A stretch of DNA of 64,000 nt, taken from positions 3,584,001-3,648,000 of the forward strand of contig OZ241869.1 of the NCBI GenBank assembly GCA_965202805.1. Direction: 5' to 3'. The first letter of the stretch is position 1. Each line of letters opens with the position of its first letter. The notes under the pieces are model-generated. The model searched no databases. It had not been told where the DNA came from and worked only from the letters and a program-made list of their open reading frames with translations. The DNA comes from Longimicrobiales bacterium (GTDB lineage: Bacteria; Gemmatimonadota; Gemmatimonadetes; Longimicrobiales; Gaopeijiaceae). Of this stretch, positions 45,251 to 55,389 are shown piece by piece. The translations under genes were made by a program, and so were the position numbers.

Positions 45251-47788
45251 GTGACCTCCACTCCCGCGCTCGCTCCTCCCGACGCACACCGTCCGGTTGC
45301 GCCTCCGATTCGCGTGATGAAGTTCGGGGGGACCTCGGTCGGAAGCGCCGCGCGCATCCGGCGCGTCGTCGCCCTCGTCGCCGATGCCCGGGCCGACTCC
45401 ACCCCTGTGGTGGTCGTCTCCGCGGTGCACGGAACGACGGACCGGCTGGTCGAGGTCGCCGAACTTGCGGGACGGGGGGACGCTGGACACGCGTCGGTGA
45501 CGCGGGAGATCGCGGAGACGCACCGGGAGCTCCTCCACGCGCTCGCTCCGGCCGACGAAGCGCCGGGCCTCGCCCTTCGCCTCGATGCGGCGATGGAGGA
45601 CCTCGGGCGCCTCGCACGCGGAGTCCAGCTTCTCGGCGAGTGCACCCTCAGGACGCGCGACTGGATGCTCTCCTTCGGCGAACTCCTCTCCTCGATGCTC
45701 GTCGCCGCCTGCATGCGCTCCCACGGGATCGCCGCCGTCGACGTGGACGCAAGGGAGCTTCTCCGCACCGACACCCGCTTCGGCGCGGCGCGGGTGGATC
45801 GGCAGAGGTCGCGGGAGCTGGTGCGCGCGCGGCTTCCCGGAGACGCCGGAATCCCGGTCGTCACCGGGTTCATCGCCTCGACGGCGAAAGGGGAGACGAC
45901 CACCCTGGGCCGGGGCGCGTCCGACTACACGGCCACCCTTCTCGGCTCGATGCTGGGCGCGGCGGAGGTCGAGATCTGGACGGACGTGGACGGGGTGCTC
46001 ACCGCGGATCCGCGGGCCGTGCCCGAAGCCGCCCCGGCGCGCGAGATCACCTACGCGGAGCTCCTCGAGCTCGCCCACTTCGGCGCGCAGGTGATCTGCC
46101 CTCCGGCGGTGGAGCCTGCCCGGAGCGCCGGGATCCGGCTGAGGATCCGCAGCACCCTCGATCCTTCCCTCCCGGGGACGCTGGTCGTGACTTCGGTTCA
46201 GCGGGACCCCCTTCGGCCGGTGCGCGGGATTTCCGCGACCAGGGACGTGGCGCTGATCCGGCTCGCCGGGGTCGAGACGGTCGGCGTTACGGAGGCCTCG
46301 CAACGGATCTTCCGTGCGCTCCGGGTCGCCGACGTGGATTCGCTTCTCTTCACGCAGGACTCGGGCGCGCACGCCTTGTCCCTCGCGGTCAGGGGTGCCG
46401 ACGCGGAGCGGGCGCGGGCCGCTCTGGGGGCCGAGTTCCGGAGGGAGCGGGAGTCGCGGCTCGTGCGCGACCCGACCGTCGAACAGGGGTTTTCGATTCT
46501 CGCGGTCGTGGGAGAGGGCATGCGGTACACGCCCGGCGTGTCCGGGAAACTCTTCTCGGCCCTGGGAGCCGCGAGGGTCAATGTGCATGCCATCGCCCAG
46601 GGATCCTCCGAGCGCAACATCTCATGGGTCGTGAACGCAGGGCAGGAGGGCGTCGCGCTCCGCACCGTCCACCGCGCCTTCTTCAGCCCGCCGGACGAAC
46701 TCGAGCCCGTCCGCATCCTGGTCCTGGGGACGGGGGGCGTCGGCGGAGCCTTCCTCGACCAACTCGCGGCAAATGGGGATGACGCGATGCGGCCGCACGG
46801 GATCCAGCCCGTCCTGGTCGGGATCTCGGACAGCCGGAAGGCCGCAACCGACCTCGAGGGCCTGGTGGCAGGCGGATGGCGCGCGCACCTGGAAGAGGGC
46901 TGCGGCGACCCCGCCCGGGCCTTCGAGGCCGTCTGGACGGGCGACCCGCTGGTCGTCGTCGACTGCACCGCGAGCGCGGCCGTCTCGGCGAGGTACGCGG
47001 AGTACCTCCGGGCCGGCGCCGCCGTGGTCACGGCGAACAAGATTCCTCTCTCCGGGCCGATCGAGGAGCATGCAACGCTCATGCGCCTCGCCGCGCGCGG
47101 GGGCGGCCTCCACCACGGGACGACCGTCGGGGCCGGCCTGCCGATGGTGCGGAGCATCGCCGAGCTCGCGCGGAGCGGCGACGCCGTCACCTCACTCGAC
47201 GGGACGCTGTCGGGCACCCTCACCTTCCTGATGGACGAACTGCACCGAGGGCGCCGGTTCAGCTCGGCAGTTGAGGAAGCCCGGCAGAGGGGGATCTCCG
47301 AGCCGGATCCGAGGGAGGACCTGGGCCTCAGGGACGTAGTCCGAAAACTCGTCATCCTCGCGCGGACGGCGGGGATGCGCATGGAACCCTCCGATGTGGA
47401 GGTCGAACCGATTCTCCCGGAGCGCCTCCTCCGTCCCGGCCCGGTCGGGGAGTTCATCAAGCGGCTCTCCGGGCTCGACGCCGAAATGGCGGAGCGGGCC
47501 CGGGCGGCGGCGGCGCAAGGGGGGCGGCTCGTCTGCCGGGCGCGGGTGGCGCCGGGCGCGGCCTCCGTCCGCCTCGAGGTGGTGCCCGCGGAGCAGCCCG
47601 TCGCGCGAACCCGCGGAACCGAGAACCTCCTCGTCATCCGCTCCCGATGGTACGCCGATCACCCCATCGTGATTCAGGGCCCAGGAGCCGGGCCCGAAGT
47701 CACGGCGGCCGGCCTCATGACCGACCTGGTGGCGGCCGCCGGGCGGGTCGCCAACCGGGCCGGACAGGGTCGGCGGCGGGCTTCCTGA
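45251..47788 (+). CDS. thrA: Bifunctional aspartokinase/homoserine dehydrogenase
   Basis: MKFGGTSVG, TTLGRG.SDYTA, WTDVDGV, ACT domains (AIAQGSSERNIS), VTANK, TVGAGLP, EPDPREDL.G, GPGAG.EVTA; start approximate. Confidence 0.92.
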   Translation: MTSTPALAPPDAHRPVAPPIRVMKFGGTSVGSAARIRRVVALVADARADSTPVVVVSAVHGTTDRLVEVAELAGRGDAGHASVTREIAETHRELLHALAPADEAPGLALRLDAAMEDLGRLARGVQLLGECTLRTRDWMLSFGELLSSMLVAACMRSHGIAAVDVDARELLRTDTRFGAARVDRQRSRELVRARLPGDAGIPVVTGFIASTAKGETTTLGRGASDYTATLLGSMLGAAEVEIWTDVDGVLTADPRAVPEAAPAREITYAELLELAHFGAQVICPPAVEPARSAGIRLRIRSTLDPSLPGTLVVTSVQRDPLRPVRGISATRDVALIRLAGVETVGVTEASQRIFRALRVADVDSLLFTQDSGAHALSLAVRGADAERARAALGAEFRRERESRLVRDPTVEQGFSILAVVGEGMRYTPGVSGKLFSALGAARVNVHAIAQGSSERNISWVVNAGQEGVALRTVHRAFFSPPDELEPVRILVLGTGGVGGAFLDQLAANGDDAMRPHGIQPVLVGISDSRKAATDLEGLVAGGWRAHLEEGCGDPARAFEAVWTGDPLVVVDCTASAAVSARYAEYLRAGAAVVTANKIPLSGPIEEHATLMRLAARGGGLHHGTTVGAGLPMVRSIAELARSGDAVTSLDGTLSGTLTFLMDELHRGRRFSSAVEEARQRGISEPDPREDLGLRDVVRKLVILARTAGMRMEPSDVEVEPILPERLLRPGPVGEFIKRLSGLDAEMAERARAAAAQGGRLVCRARVAPGAASVRLEVVPAEQPVARTRGTENLLVIRSRWYADHPIVIQGPGAGPEVTAAGLMTDLVAAAGRVANRAGQGRRRAS

Positions 47789-47819
47789 CCCCGGGCTGCA
47801 TCCCGCGCCTCCGACGACC

Positions 47820-47942
47820 TGACAAAATGGCAGACTCGTCGTCTCGCCCTATCTCCCGCGCTCTGCCATTCTGGCATGCACAACGCCCGTAACCTGTTGC
47901 TGTATGACATTTTGTCAGACTTGCAAGTGGCACGCTCCCTGC
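47820..47942 (+). promoter_or_regulatory. Three TGNCA-N3-TGNCA palindromes plus a sigma54-type -24/-12 promoter upstream of hsp20
   Basis: TGACAAAATGGCA 47820, TGCCATTCTGGCA 47864, TGACATTTTGTCA 47905; TGGCACG-CTCCC-TGC (GG-N10-GC) at 47928-47942. Confidence 0.65.
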
Positions 47943-48032
47943 CCTGTCCAAGCCCGAACGCGCATACCGGTTCGGGCATCAGGAAGCCCGGCAACGCGAA
48001 TTCGGTCACAAGAGACTCAATGGAGGAAACAC

Positions 48033-48482
48033 ATGACGACCATCGCCAAGTATCGTTCGCTCTCGCCCTCGCAGGTGCTGCGGGCCTTCAACTCCGCCTT
48101 TCCGGGCGGCTCGGCCTTCCCCTTCGGGGCCTTCATCAACACGGACTGGGTCCCGCCGGTCAACGTCGCGGAGACGGCGGACTCGATCCTCGTGACCACG
48201 GAACTCCCGGGCGTGTCGCCCGACGACGTCGAGATCCAGGTCGAGGAGAACGTGCTCACGATCCGCGGCGAGAAGCATGAGGAGCGCGAGGAGAAGGATG
48301 CCGAGCGCCACATGCACATCTCCGAGCGGATCACGGGAAGCTTCAGCCGCTCCTTCACCCTGCCGCGCAAGGTGGACGTCGAGGGCATCGACGCCGACTT
48401 CGGCAACGGGGTGCTCAAGGTCAGCGTCCCCAAGGCGCCGGAGACCCGCGCCCGCAGGATCGAGGTGAAGGCGCGCGCCTGA
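48033..48482 (+). CDS. Hsp20/alpha-crystallin small heat-shock protein
   Basis: WVPPVNV.ET, ELPGV..DDV.I, SER..GSFSRSFTLP, NGVLKV.VPK; GGAGG RBS. Confidence 0.95.
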   Translation: MTTIAKYRSLSPSQVLRAFNSAFPGGSAFPFGAFINTDWVPPVNVAETADSILVTTELPGVSPDDVEIQVEENVLTIRGEKHEEREEKDAERHMHISERITGSFSRSFTLPRKVDVEGIDADFGNGVLKVSVPKAPETRARRIEVKARA

Positions 48483-48731
48483 CCTTCCGCAGGGCGGAGG
48501 CGCGCCGGGCCGCGGCGCCTCGCAACCGCAGGACCGAATCGGATCCGGCTTCGGCCGGGTCCGTTTTTCGTGCGCTCGATTCCGCCGCGACGGCTGCCCA
48601 CGTACTACCATGTTTGATGGCATCCCGCGGGATGCTAACTTGGTGGCGACGTTTCTCTGTTCCCGCGCGCGCGGGAGCGCGTCCTCGATTCCCGGTTCCG
48701 CCGGCGCCCGTCACCCGAAACGAACTCGCGC

Positions 48732-49775
48732 ATGACCCATGCCAGCACCCGGCCCCCGCCGGGATCGCGCGTCTTCAGCGGAATGCAGCCCAGCGGCGAA
48801 GCCCACCTCGGCAACTACCTGGGTGCGCTGCGCCAGTGGGCGGCCATGCAGGAAGACTACGACTGCATCTACTGCATCGTGGACCAGCACGCCATCACGG
48901 GCCCCTACGAGCCCGGAGCGCTCCCCGGGGCGGTCTTCGATCTCGCGATCAGCTTTCTGGCCTCGGGCCTCGATCCCGAGCGCTCCATCATCTTCGTGCA
49001 GTCCGATGTCCCCGAGCACACCGAGCTGAGCTGGCTCTTCAACTCGGTGGCGCCCATCGGCGACCTGGAGCGCATGATCCAGTTCAAGGAGAAATCCGAG
49101 CGCATGGAGTCGGTGCCGGTCGGTCTCCTCAACTACCCCGTGCTGCAGGCGGCGGACATCCTCATCTACCGCGCCGACGTGGTGCCCGTGGGGGAGGACC
49201 AGCGCCAGCACCTCGAGCTGACCCGGGACATCGCGCGCAAATGGAACGCCCGCTTCGGCAAGTACCTTCCGGAGCCGCAGCCCTACATTCCGCGCGCGGG
49301 CCGCATCGTGGGGCTGGATGGCCGGTCCAAGATGAGCAAGTCGCTCGGCAACACGGTCGGCATCCTCGACGAACCCGACGAGATCCGCAAGCGCGTGCGC
49401 ACCGCAGTGACCGACCCCGCGCGCATCCGCAAGACCGATCCCGGGCGCCCTGAGGTCTGCAACGTCTATTCGCTGCACGAACATTTTGCGGACGGCGAGC
49501 GGCTCGACGACATCGCACACCAGTGCCGGACGGCGCAGCGCGGGTGCGTCCAGTGCAAGGGCATGCTGGCCGAGGAGATCGACGAGGCCTTCGCCCCGAT
49601 GCGGGAGGTGGCCGCGCACTATCGCGCGCACCCTGAGGAGGTGCTCCGGATTCTCGACGATGGAGCACGGAGAGCCGGAGCCATCGCCCGGGAGACCATG
49701 GCGGAAGTCCGGTCGCGCATGGGGCTCGACTGGCAGCGCAAAGCCCGAGCATTGACGGAGGAGGTGGAGTCATGA
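48732..49775 (+). CDS. trpS: Tryptophan-tRNA ligase
   Basis: SGMQPSG..HLGNYLG, YPVLQAADI, VPVGEDQ, KMSKS. Confidence 0.97.
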   Translation: MTHASTRPPPGSRVFSGMQPSGEAHLGNYLGALRQWAAMQEDYDCIYCIVDQHAITGPYEPGALPGAVFDLAISFLASGLDPERSIIFVQSDVPEHTELSWLFNSVAPIGDLERMIQFKEKSERMESVPVGLLNYPVLQAADILIYRADVVPVGEDQRQHLELTRDIARKWNARFGKYLPEPQPYIPRAGRIVGLDGRSKMSKSLGNTVGILDEPDEIRKRVRTAVTDPARIRKTDPGRPEVCNVYSLHEHFADGERLDDIAHQCRTAQRGCVQCKGMLAEEIDEAFAPMREVAAHYRAHPEEVLRILDDGARRAGAIARETMAEVRSRMGLDWQRKARALTEEVES

Positions 49776-50698
49776 ACCTGGCCGGAGTCTTCATCCCTGC
49801 GGTTACGCCCTTCGATCCCGTGACCGGAGACGTCGACATCGTCGCGATGCGGGCCAACCTGAGGAGCTGGCTGGCGCATCCCGTGCACGGAATCGTCATC
49901 GCGGGATCCACCGGAGAGGCGGTGCTGCTCAGCCGCGGGGAGCGCAGGCGGCTCATCGAGGCGACCGCGGGCGTCATGACCGACGACCGCCTGCTGATCG
50001 CGGGGACCGGGGTGGAATCCACGCGCGGCACCATCCGGCTCGGCCGGGAAGCGGCCGATGCCGGCGCCGATGCCGTGCTGGTGCAGCCGCCGGCGTACTA
50101 TCTGGGCGCGATGACCCCGGAAGCGGTGCGCGACCACTACACCGCGGTCGCCGACGCCTCCCCGGTGCCGGTCCTCATCTACCAGGCGCCGCTGCGCTTC
50201 AGCACCCTCGACTTTCCCTCCGGGCTGGTGGCCGAACTTTCCCGGCATCCCAACATCGTCGGGATCAAGGACTCCAGGGGCAGCCTGGAAAAGGTCGCCG
50301 AGCTGCTGGACTGCACGAAGCGCGACTTCGCGGTGATCGTGGGCAACGGCGCGGGGCTGTATGCCGCGCTCGAGCTGGGCGCGGCGGGCGGGATCCTGGG
50401 CGTCGCCAACCTCGCCCCCGCCGAGAGCGCAGGGATCTTCGAGCGCTTCGGGGAGGGACGCACCAGCGAGGCCGGCCGGCTGCAGGAGCGGGTCGCGCCC
50501 GTCCACAAGAAGCTGGTGGCGGGATTCGGGGTGCCGGGGGTCAAGGCCGCGATGGATCTGCTGGGAGGCCACGGAGGGACGCCCCGCCCGCCGCTCAGGC
50601 CGTTCCCGGCCGGGAAGGTCGGTGAGGTGGAGGCCGTCCTGCGCCGGGCCGGGCTGCTGCGGCCCGAGCGCGCGCTCTCCGCTTCCGCCTCCGCATGA
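49772..50698 (+). CDS. Dihydrodipicolinate synthase-family aldolase
   Basis: TPF, GSTGE, PV.IY, HPNIVGIKDS; specificity (DapA vs HOGA-like) not determinable. Confidence 0.9.
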   Translation: MNLAGVFIPAVTPFDPVTGDVDIVAMRANLRSWLAHPVHGIVIAGSTGEAVLLSRGERRRLIEATAGVMTDDRLLIAGTGVESTRGTIRLGREAADAGADAVLVQPPAYYLGAMTPEAVRDHYTAVADASPVPVLIYQAPLRFSTLDFPSGLVAELSRHPNIVGIKDSRGSLEKVAELLDCTKRDFAVIVGNGAGLYAALELGAAGGILGVANLAPAESAGIFERFGEGRTSEAGRLQERVAPVHKKLVAGFGVPGVKAAMDLLGGHGGTPRPPLRPFPAGKVGEVEAVLRRAGLLRPERALSASASA

Positions 50699-50825
50699 GC
50701 ACCGGCCCGAGCCGCCTCACCCTCCGTCCGCCGATGGAAAGCCCCGAAGGCACCCGCCTGCCGATGGGTGGGCGCGCCGCCCGGGCACAGCGCTTCGCCA
50801 TCCGGAACTCCGAAGGAGCCTGACC

Positions 50826-52115
<1,290 letters not shown>

Positions 52116-52117
52116 TC

Positions 52118-53434
52118 ATGTTCGATCGCCTGGGCAAGAGGCTGGACAAGGCCCTCGGGCGCTTCCGGCAGCGGGGCATCCTCACCGAACCCATGATCCG
52201 CAGGGGGTTGCGCGAGGTGCGCCGCGCCCTGCTCGAGGCGGACGTCAACTTCAAGGTCACCCGCGACTTTCTGAAGCGGGTCGAGAAGCGGGCGACCGGC
52301 GAGGGGGTCATCCGCTCGATCTCTCCGGGGCAGCAGGTCGTCAAGATCGTGCACGACGAGCTGGCGGGGCTGCTGGGCGAGGACGTCGCCGAGCTGACCT
52401 GGGCGCGCAAGCCGCCCACCGTAATCCTCATGGCCGGCCTGCAGGGCTCCGGGAAGACCACCACCGCGGTGAAGCTGGCACGCCTGATCGCCCGGGAGGG
52501 GCGCCGTCCCATGCTGGCGGGTTGCGACGTGTACCGGCCGGCGGCGGGGGAGCAGCTCGTCACCCTGTGCGAGCGCGCGGACGTGCCGGTGCACGTGGGC
52601 GGGCGCGGGGACGACCCCGTGGCGGTGGCGCGGGCCGCGGTCGGGGATGCGCGCCGGCGCGGGTGCGACGTGATCGTGGTCGACACCGCGGGCCGCCTGC
52701 AGATCGACGAGCCGATGATGGCCGAGATCGGACGCCTGCAGAAGAAGCTGGCGCCCACCGAGGTGCTGCTGGTGGCCGACGCCATGACCGGGCAGGAGGC
52801 GGTGAACATCGCCCGGGGCTTCGACCGGGTGCTGGGCCTCACCGGGATCGTGCTCACCAAGCTCGACGGCGACGCGCGCGGCGGGGCGGCGCTCTCGATC
52901 CGCGGGGTCACGGGCAGGCCGATCAAGTTCGTGGGGACGGGCGAGGGCCTCGACGACCTGGAGCGGATGGACCCCGGCCGGCTGGCTGGGCGCATCCTGC
53001 AGATGGGCGACGTGGTGGGGCTGGTGGAGCGGGCGCAGCGCTCCATCGACGCCGAGGCCCAGGCGAAGATCGAGGAGAACGTCCTGCGCAAGGGGCGCTT
53101 CACCCTCGAGGAATTCCTGGTCGCGCTCCGCCAGGTGCAGGCGATGGGCCCGCTGGAACAGATCATGAAGATGATCCCCGGGATGCGGCGCAAGCTGCCC
53201 ATCGGGAACGTCGATCCCAGGAAGATCAGGCACGTGGAGGCCATCATTCTCTCGATGACTCCCGCGGAGCGGCGCGAGCCTCGGCTGCTCAACCGCTCGC
53301 GCCGGATCCGCATCGCCCGGGGGAGCGGCCGGCCGGTGTCGGAGGTCAACCGCCTGTTGAAGCAGTTCAGGGAAATGCAGAAGTTGATGAAGCAGATGCG
53401 GGGGATGGCGCCCCCGCTCAACCAGTTGCGCTGA
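52118..53434 (+). CDS. ffh: Signal recognition particle protein
   Basis: GLQGSGKTT, DTAGR, TKLDGDARGG, M-domain IILSMT..ER. Confidence 0.97.
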   Translation: MFDRLGKRLDKALGRFRQRGILTEPMIRRGLREVRRALLEADVNFKVTRDFLKRVEKRATGEGVIRSISPGQQVVKIVHDELAGLLGEDVAELTWARKPPTVILMAGLQGSGKTTTAVKLARLIAREGRRPMLAGCDVYRPAAGEQLVTLCERADVPVHVGGRGDDPVAVARAAVGDARRRGCDVIVVDTAGRLQIDEPMMAEIGRLQKKLAPTEVLLVADAMTGQEAVNIARGFDRVLGLTGIVLTKLDGDARGGAALSIRGVTGRPIKFVGTGEGLDDLERMDPGRLAGRILQMGDVVGLVERAQRSIDAEAQAKIEENVLRKGRFTLEEFLVALRQVQAMGPLEQIMKMIPGMRRKLPIGNVDPRKIRHVEAIILSMTPAERREPRLLNRSRRIRIARGSGRPVSEVNRLLKQFREMQKLMKQMRGMAPPLNQLR

Positions 53435-53479
53435 CCGCCCGGGGAGAGGCGGAAGGCAGGCACGAACCCGAGGAGACAC

Positions 53480-53914
53480 ATGTCGGTACGAATTCGACTT
53501 CGCAGAATGGGCCGGAAGAAGGCGCCCCACTACCGCGTGGTGGTGGCGGACGGCGACTCGCCGCGGGACGGGCGCTTCGTCGAGACCATCGGCTACTACA
53601 AGCCACTTTCCACGCCTGCTCGCGTGGTCGTCGACCTGGAGCGCGCCGACTACTGGCTGGGCCGGGGGGCGCAGCCGTCGGCCACCGTCAGGTCGCTGCT
53701 GAACAAGGCCCGCAAGGGAGGAGACGCGAGCGTGGCCGTGGGCGAGGTGGATGCGGCCGCCGAGAAGGCCCGCCGCTCGGAGCAGCTGACGCAGCGGCGC
53801 CAGGCGGAAGCGGACGCGCAGGCGAAGCTGGAGGCGGAAGCCAGGGCGGAGGCGGCGGCCAGGGCCGCGGCTCGAGCGGAAGCCGAGGCTGGCAAGAGCG
53901 GCGAATCCGGGTAG
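53480..53914 (+). CDS. rpsP: 30S ribosomal protein S16 with Ala/Glu-rich C-terminal extension
   Basis: [34 protein letters not shown]. Confidence 0.97.
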   Translation: MSVRIRLRRMGRKKAPHYRVVVADGDSPRDGRFVETIGYYKPLSTPARVVVDLERADYWLGRGAQPSATVRSLLNKARKGGDASVAVGEVDAAAEKARRSEQLTQRRQAEADAQAKLEAEARAEAAARAAARAEAEAGKSGESG

Positions 53915-53928
53915 TCCCGGGGTCCCGA

Positions 53929-54471
53929 ATGGACTCCGCCCGTCCTTCGCACCTGGTCGTCGGGCACCTCAACAAGGCGCACGGCACCAAAGGCGAGCTC
54001 TTTCTCTGGCCGCTGACGGCCGATCCGGGCGAAGCGTTCGCCGCCGGTGCGGAGTTGCATCTGGCGGACGAAGCCGGGGAGAAGCCGGATCCCGCGTTCG
54101 CCGAAGTCCGCGTCCGGGCGGTCCGCCCCTTCAAGCGCGGCTTTCTGATCCGGCTGGAGGGCATCGACTCCCGGACCCAGGCCGAATGGCTGGCGGGCCG
54201 TTACGTCCTGCGGCCGCTCGCCGAGGTGAGCCCGCTCGAGGAAGGCGAGATCTTCTACCACGAGCTGCTGGGCACGCGCGTGGAATCCGGGGACGGAGAG
54301 ACGGTCGGAGAGGTGGTCGAGGTCTACGAGCTCAACCCGGTGCATCTGCTGCGGGTGGCGCGCGGATCCGGCACCGTGCTGATTCCGTTCGCGCGCGACC
54401 TGGTGCGCCGGCTGGACCGGGAAGGGAAGCGGCTGGTCATGGATCTGCCGGACGGGCTGCTGGATCTTTGA
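53929..54471 (+). CDS. rimM: Ribosome maturation factor RimM
   Basis: VG....AHG.KGE, GE.FYHELLG, LIPF, DLPDGLLDL; canonical position. Confidence 0.93.
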   Translation: MDSARPSHLVVGHLNKAHGTKGELFLWPLTADPGEAFAAGAELHLADEAGEKPDPAFAEVRVRAVRPFKRGFLIRLEGIDSRTQAEWLAGRYVLRPLAEVSPLEEGEIFYHELLGTRVESGDGETVGEVVEVYELNPVHLLRVARGSGTVLIPFARDLVRRLDREGKRLVMDLPDGLLDL

Positions 54472-54485
54472 GGGAGGCGGGGCCG

Positions 54486-55202
54486 ATGACGTCCGAGGCA
54501 AATGCCGACACAGGTTCGAACGCCTCCCTGCGGCTCCATCTCGTGACCATCTTCCCGGAGTTCTTCGAGGTTCCGCTGGCCACCAGCATCCCCGGGCGCG
54601 CCGCCCGCCACGGATTGGTCGAATACCGGGTCGTCGACCTGCGCGACTTCACCCGCGACCGCCACCGCACCGTGGACGACGCGCCCTACGGCGGCGGCGG
54701 CGGCATGGTGATGAAGCCGGAGCCGTTCTTCGAGGCGGTGGAGTCCCTCGACCGGGCCGGCCGGGTGATCCTGCTCTCCCCCCGCGGCCGGCTCTTCACG
54801 CACGGCGACGCCGTGCGCCTCTCCCTGGAGCCGTCCCTGACGCTCCTGTGCGGCCACTACAAGGACGTCGACCAGCGCGTCGCCGACCACCTCGCCGACG
54901 AGGAGATCTCCATCGGCGACTACGTCCTGTCCGGTGGCGAAGCCGCCGCGCTCGTGGTCGCGGACGCCATCGTCCGGCTGCTGCCGGGGGTGCTGGGCGA
55001 CCACGATTCGGCGGCCTCGGACTCGTTTTACGACGGCCGCCGGCTGAGCGCGCCCTCCTATACCCGGCCGCGCGTGTACCGGGGCCACGAGGTGCCCGAG
55101 GTGCTCAGAAGCGGTGATCACGCGCGCATCGAAGCCTGGCGGGAGGCGGCGGCCGCGCGCATCAGTGTCGCCCGCCGGCCCAAGCCGAACCCGGGGCGTT
55201 AG
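54486..55202 (+). CDS. trmD: tRNA (guanine-N1)-methyltransferase
   Basis: VDDAPYGGGGGMVM, CGHY..VD.R, SIGDYVLSGGE, YTRP. Confidence 0.96.
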   Translation: MTSEANADTGSNASLRLHLVTIFPEFFEVPLATSIPGRAARHGLVEYRVVDLRDFTRDRHRTVDDAPYGGGGGMVMKPEPFFEAVESLDRAGRVILLSPRGRLFTHGDAVRLSLEPSLTLLCGHYKDVDQRVADHLADEEISIGDYVLSGGEAAALVVADAIVRLLPGVLGDHDSAASDSFYDGRRLSAPSYTRPRVYRGHEVPEVLRSGDHARIEAWREAAAARISVARRPKPNPGR

Positions 55203-55389
55203 TTAGCGGCCAACGCCGACGGCCAGCCGCCCGCCACTCTCCGGCCGTACGCGCCAGGGCGGGCGGCGAGGCGCCGGACTGGTAATTCGGGCCGAATCAT
55301 TACAGTATATTTACCCGCGCATTGTGCGCGCGGGCGGGGGTGGATGCCGGGTGCCGGGGCAACATTCAACTTCTCATGAGGAGCAGCGC

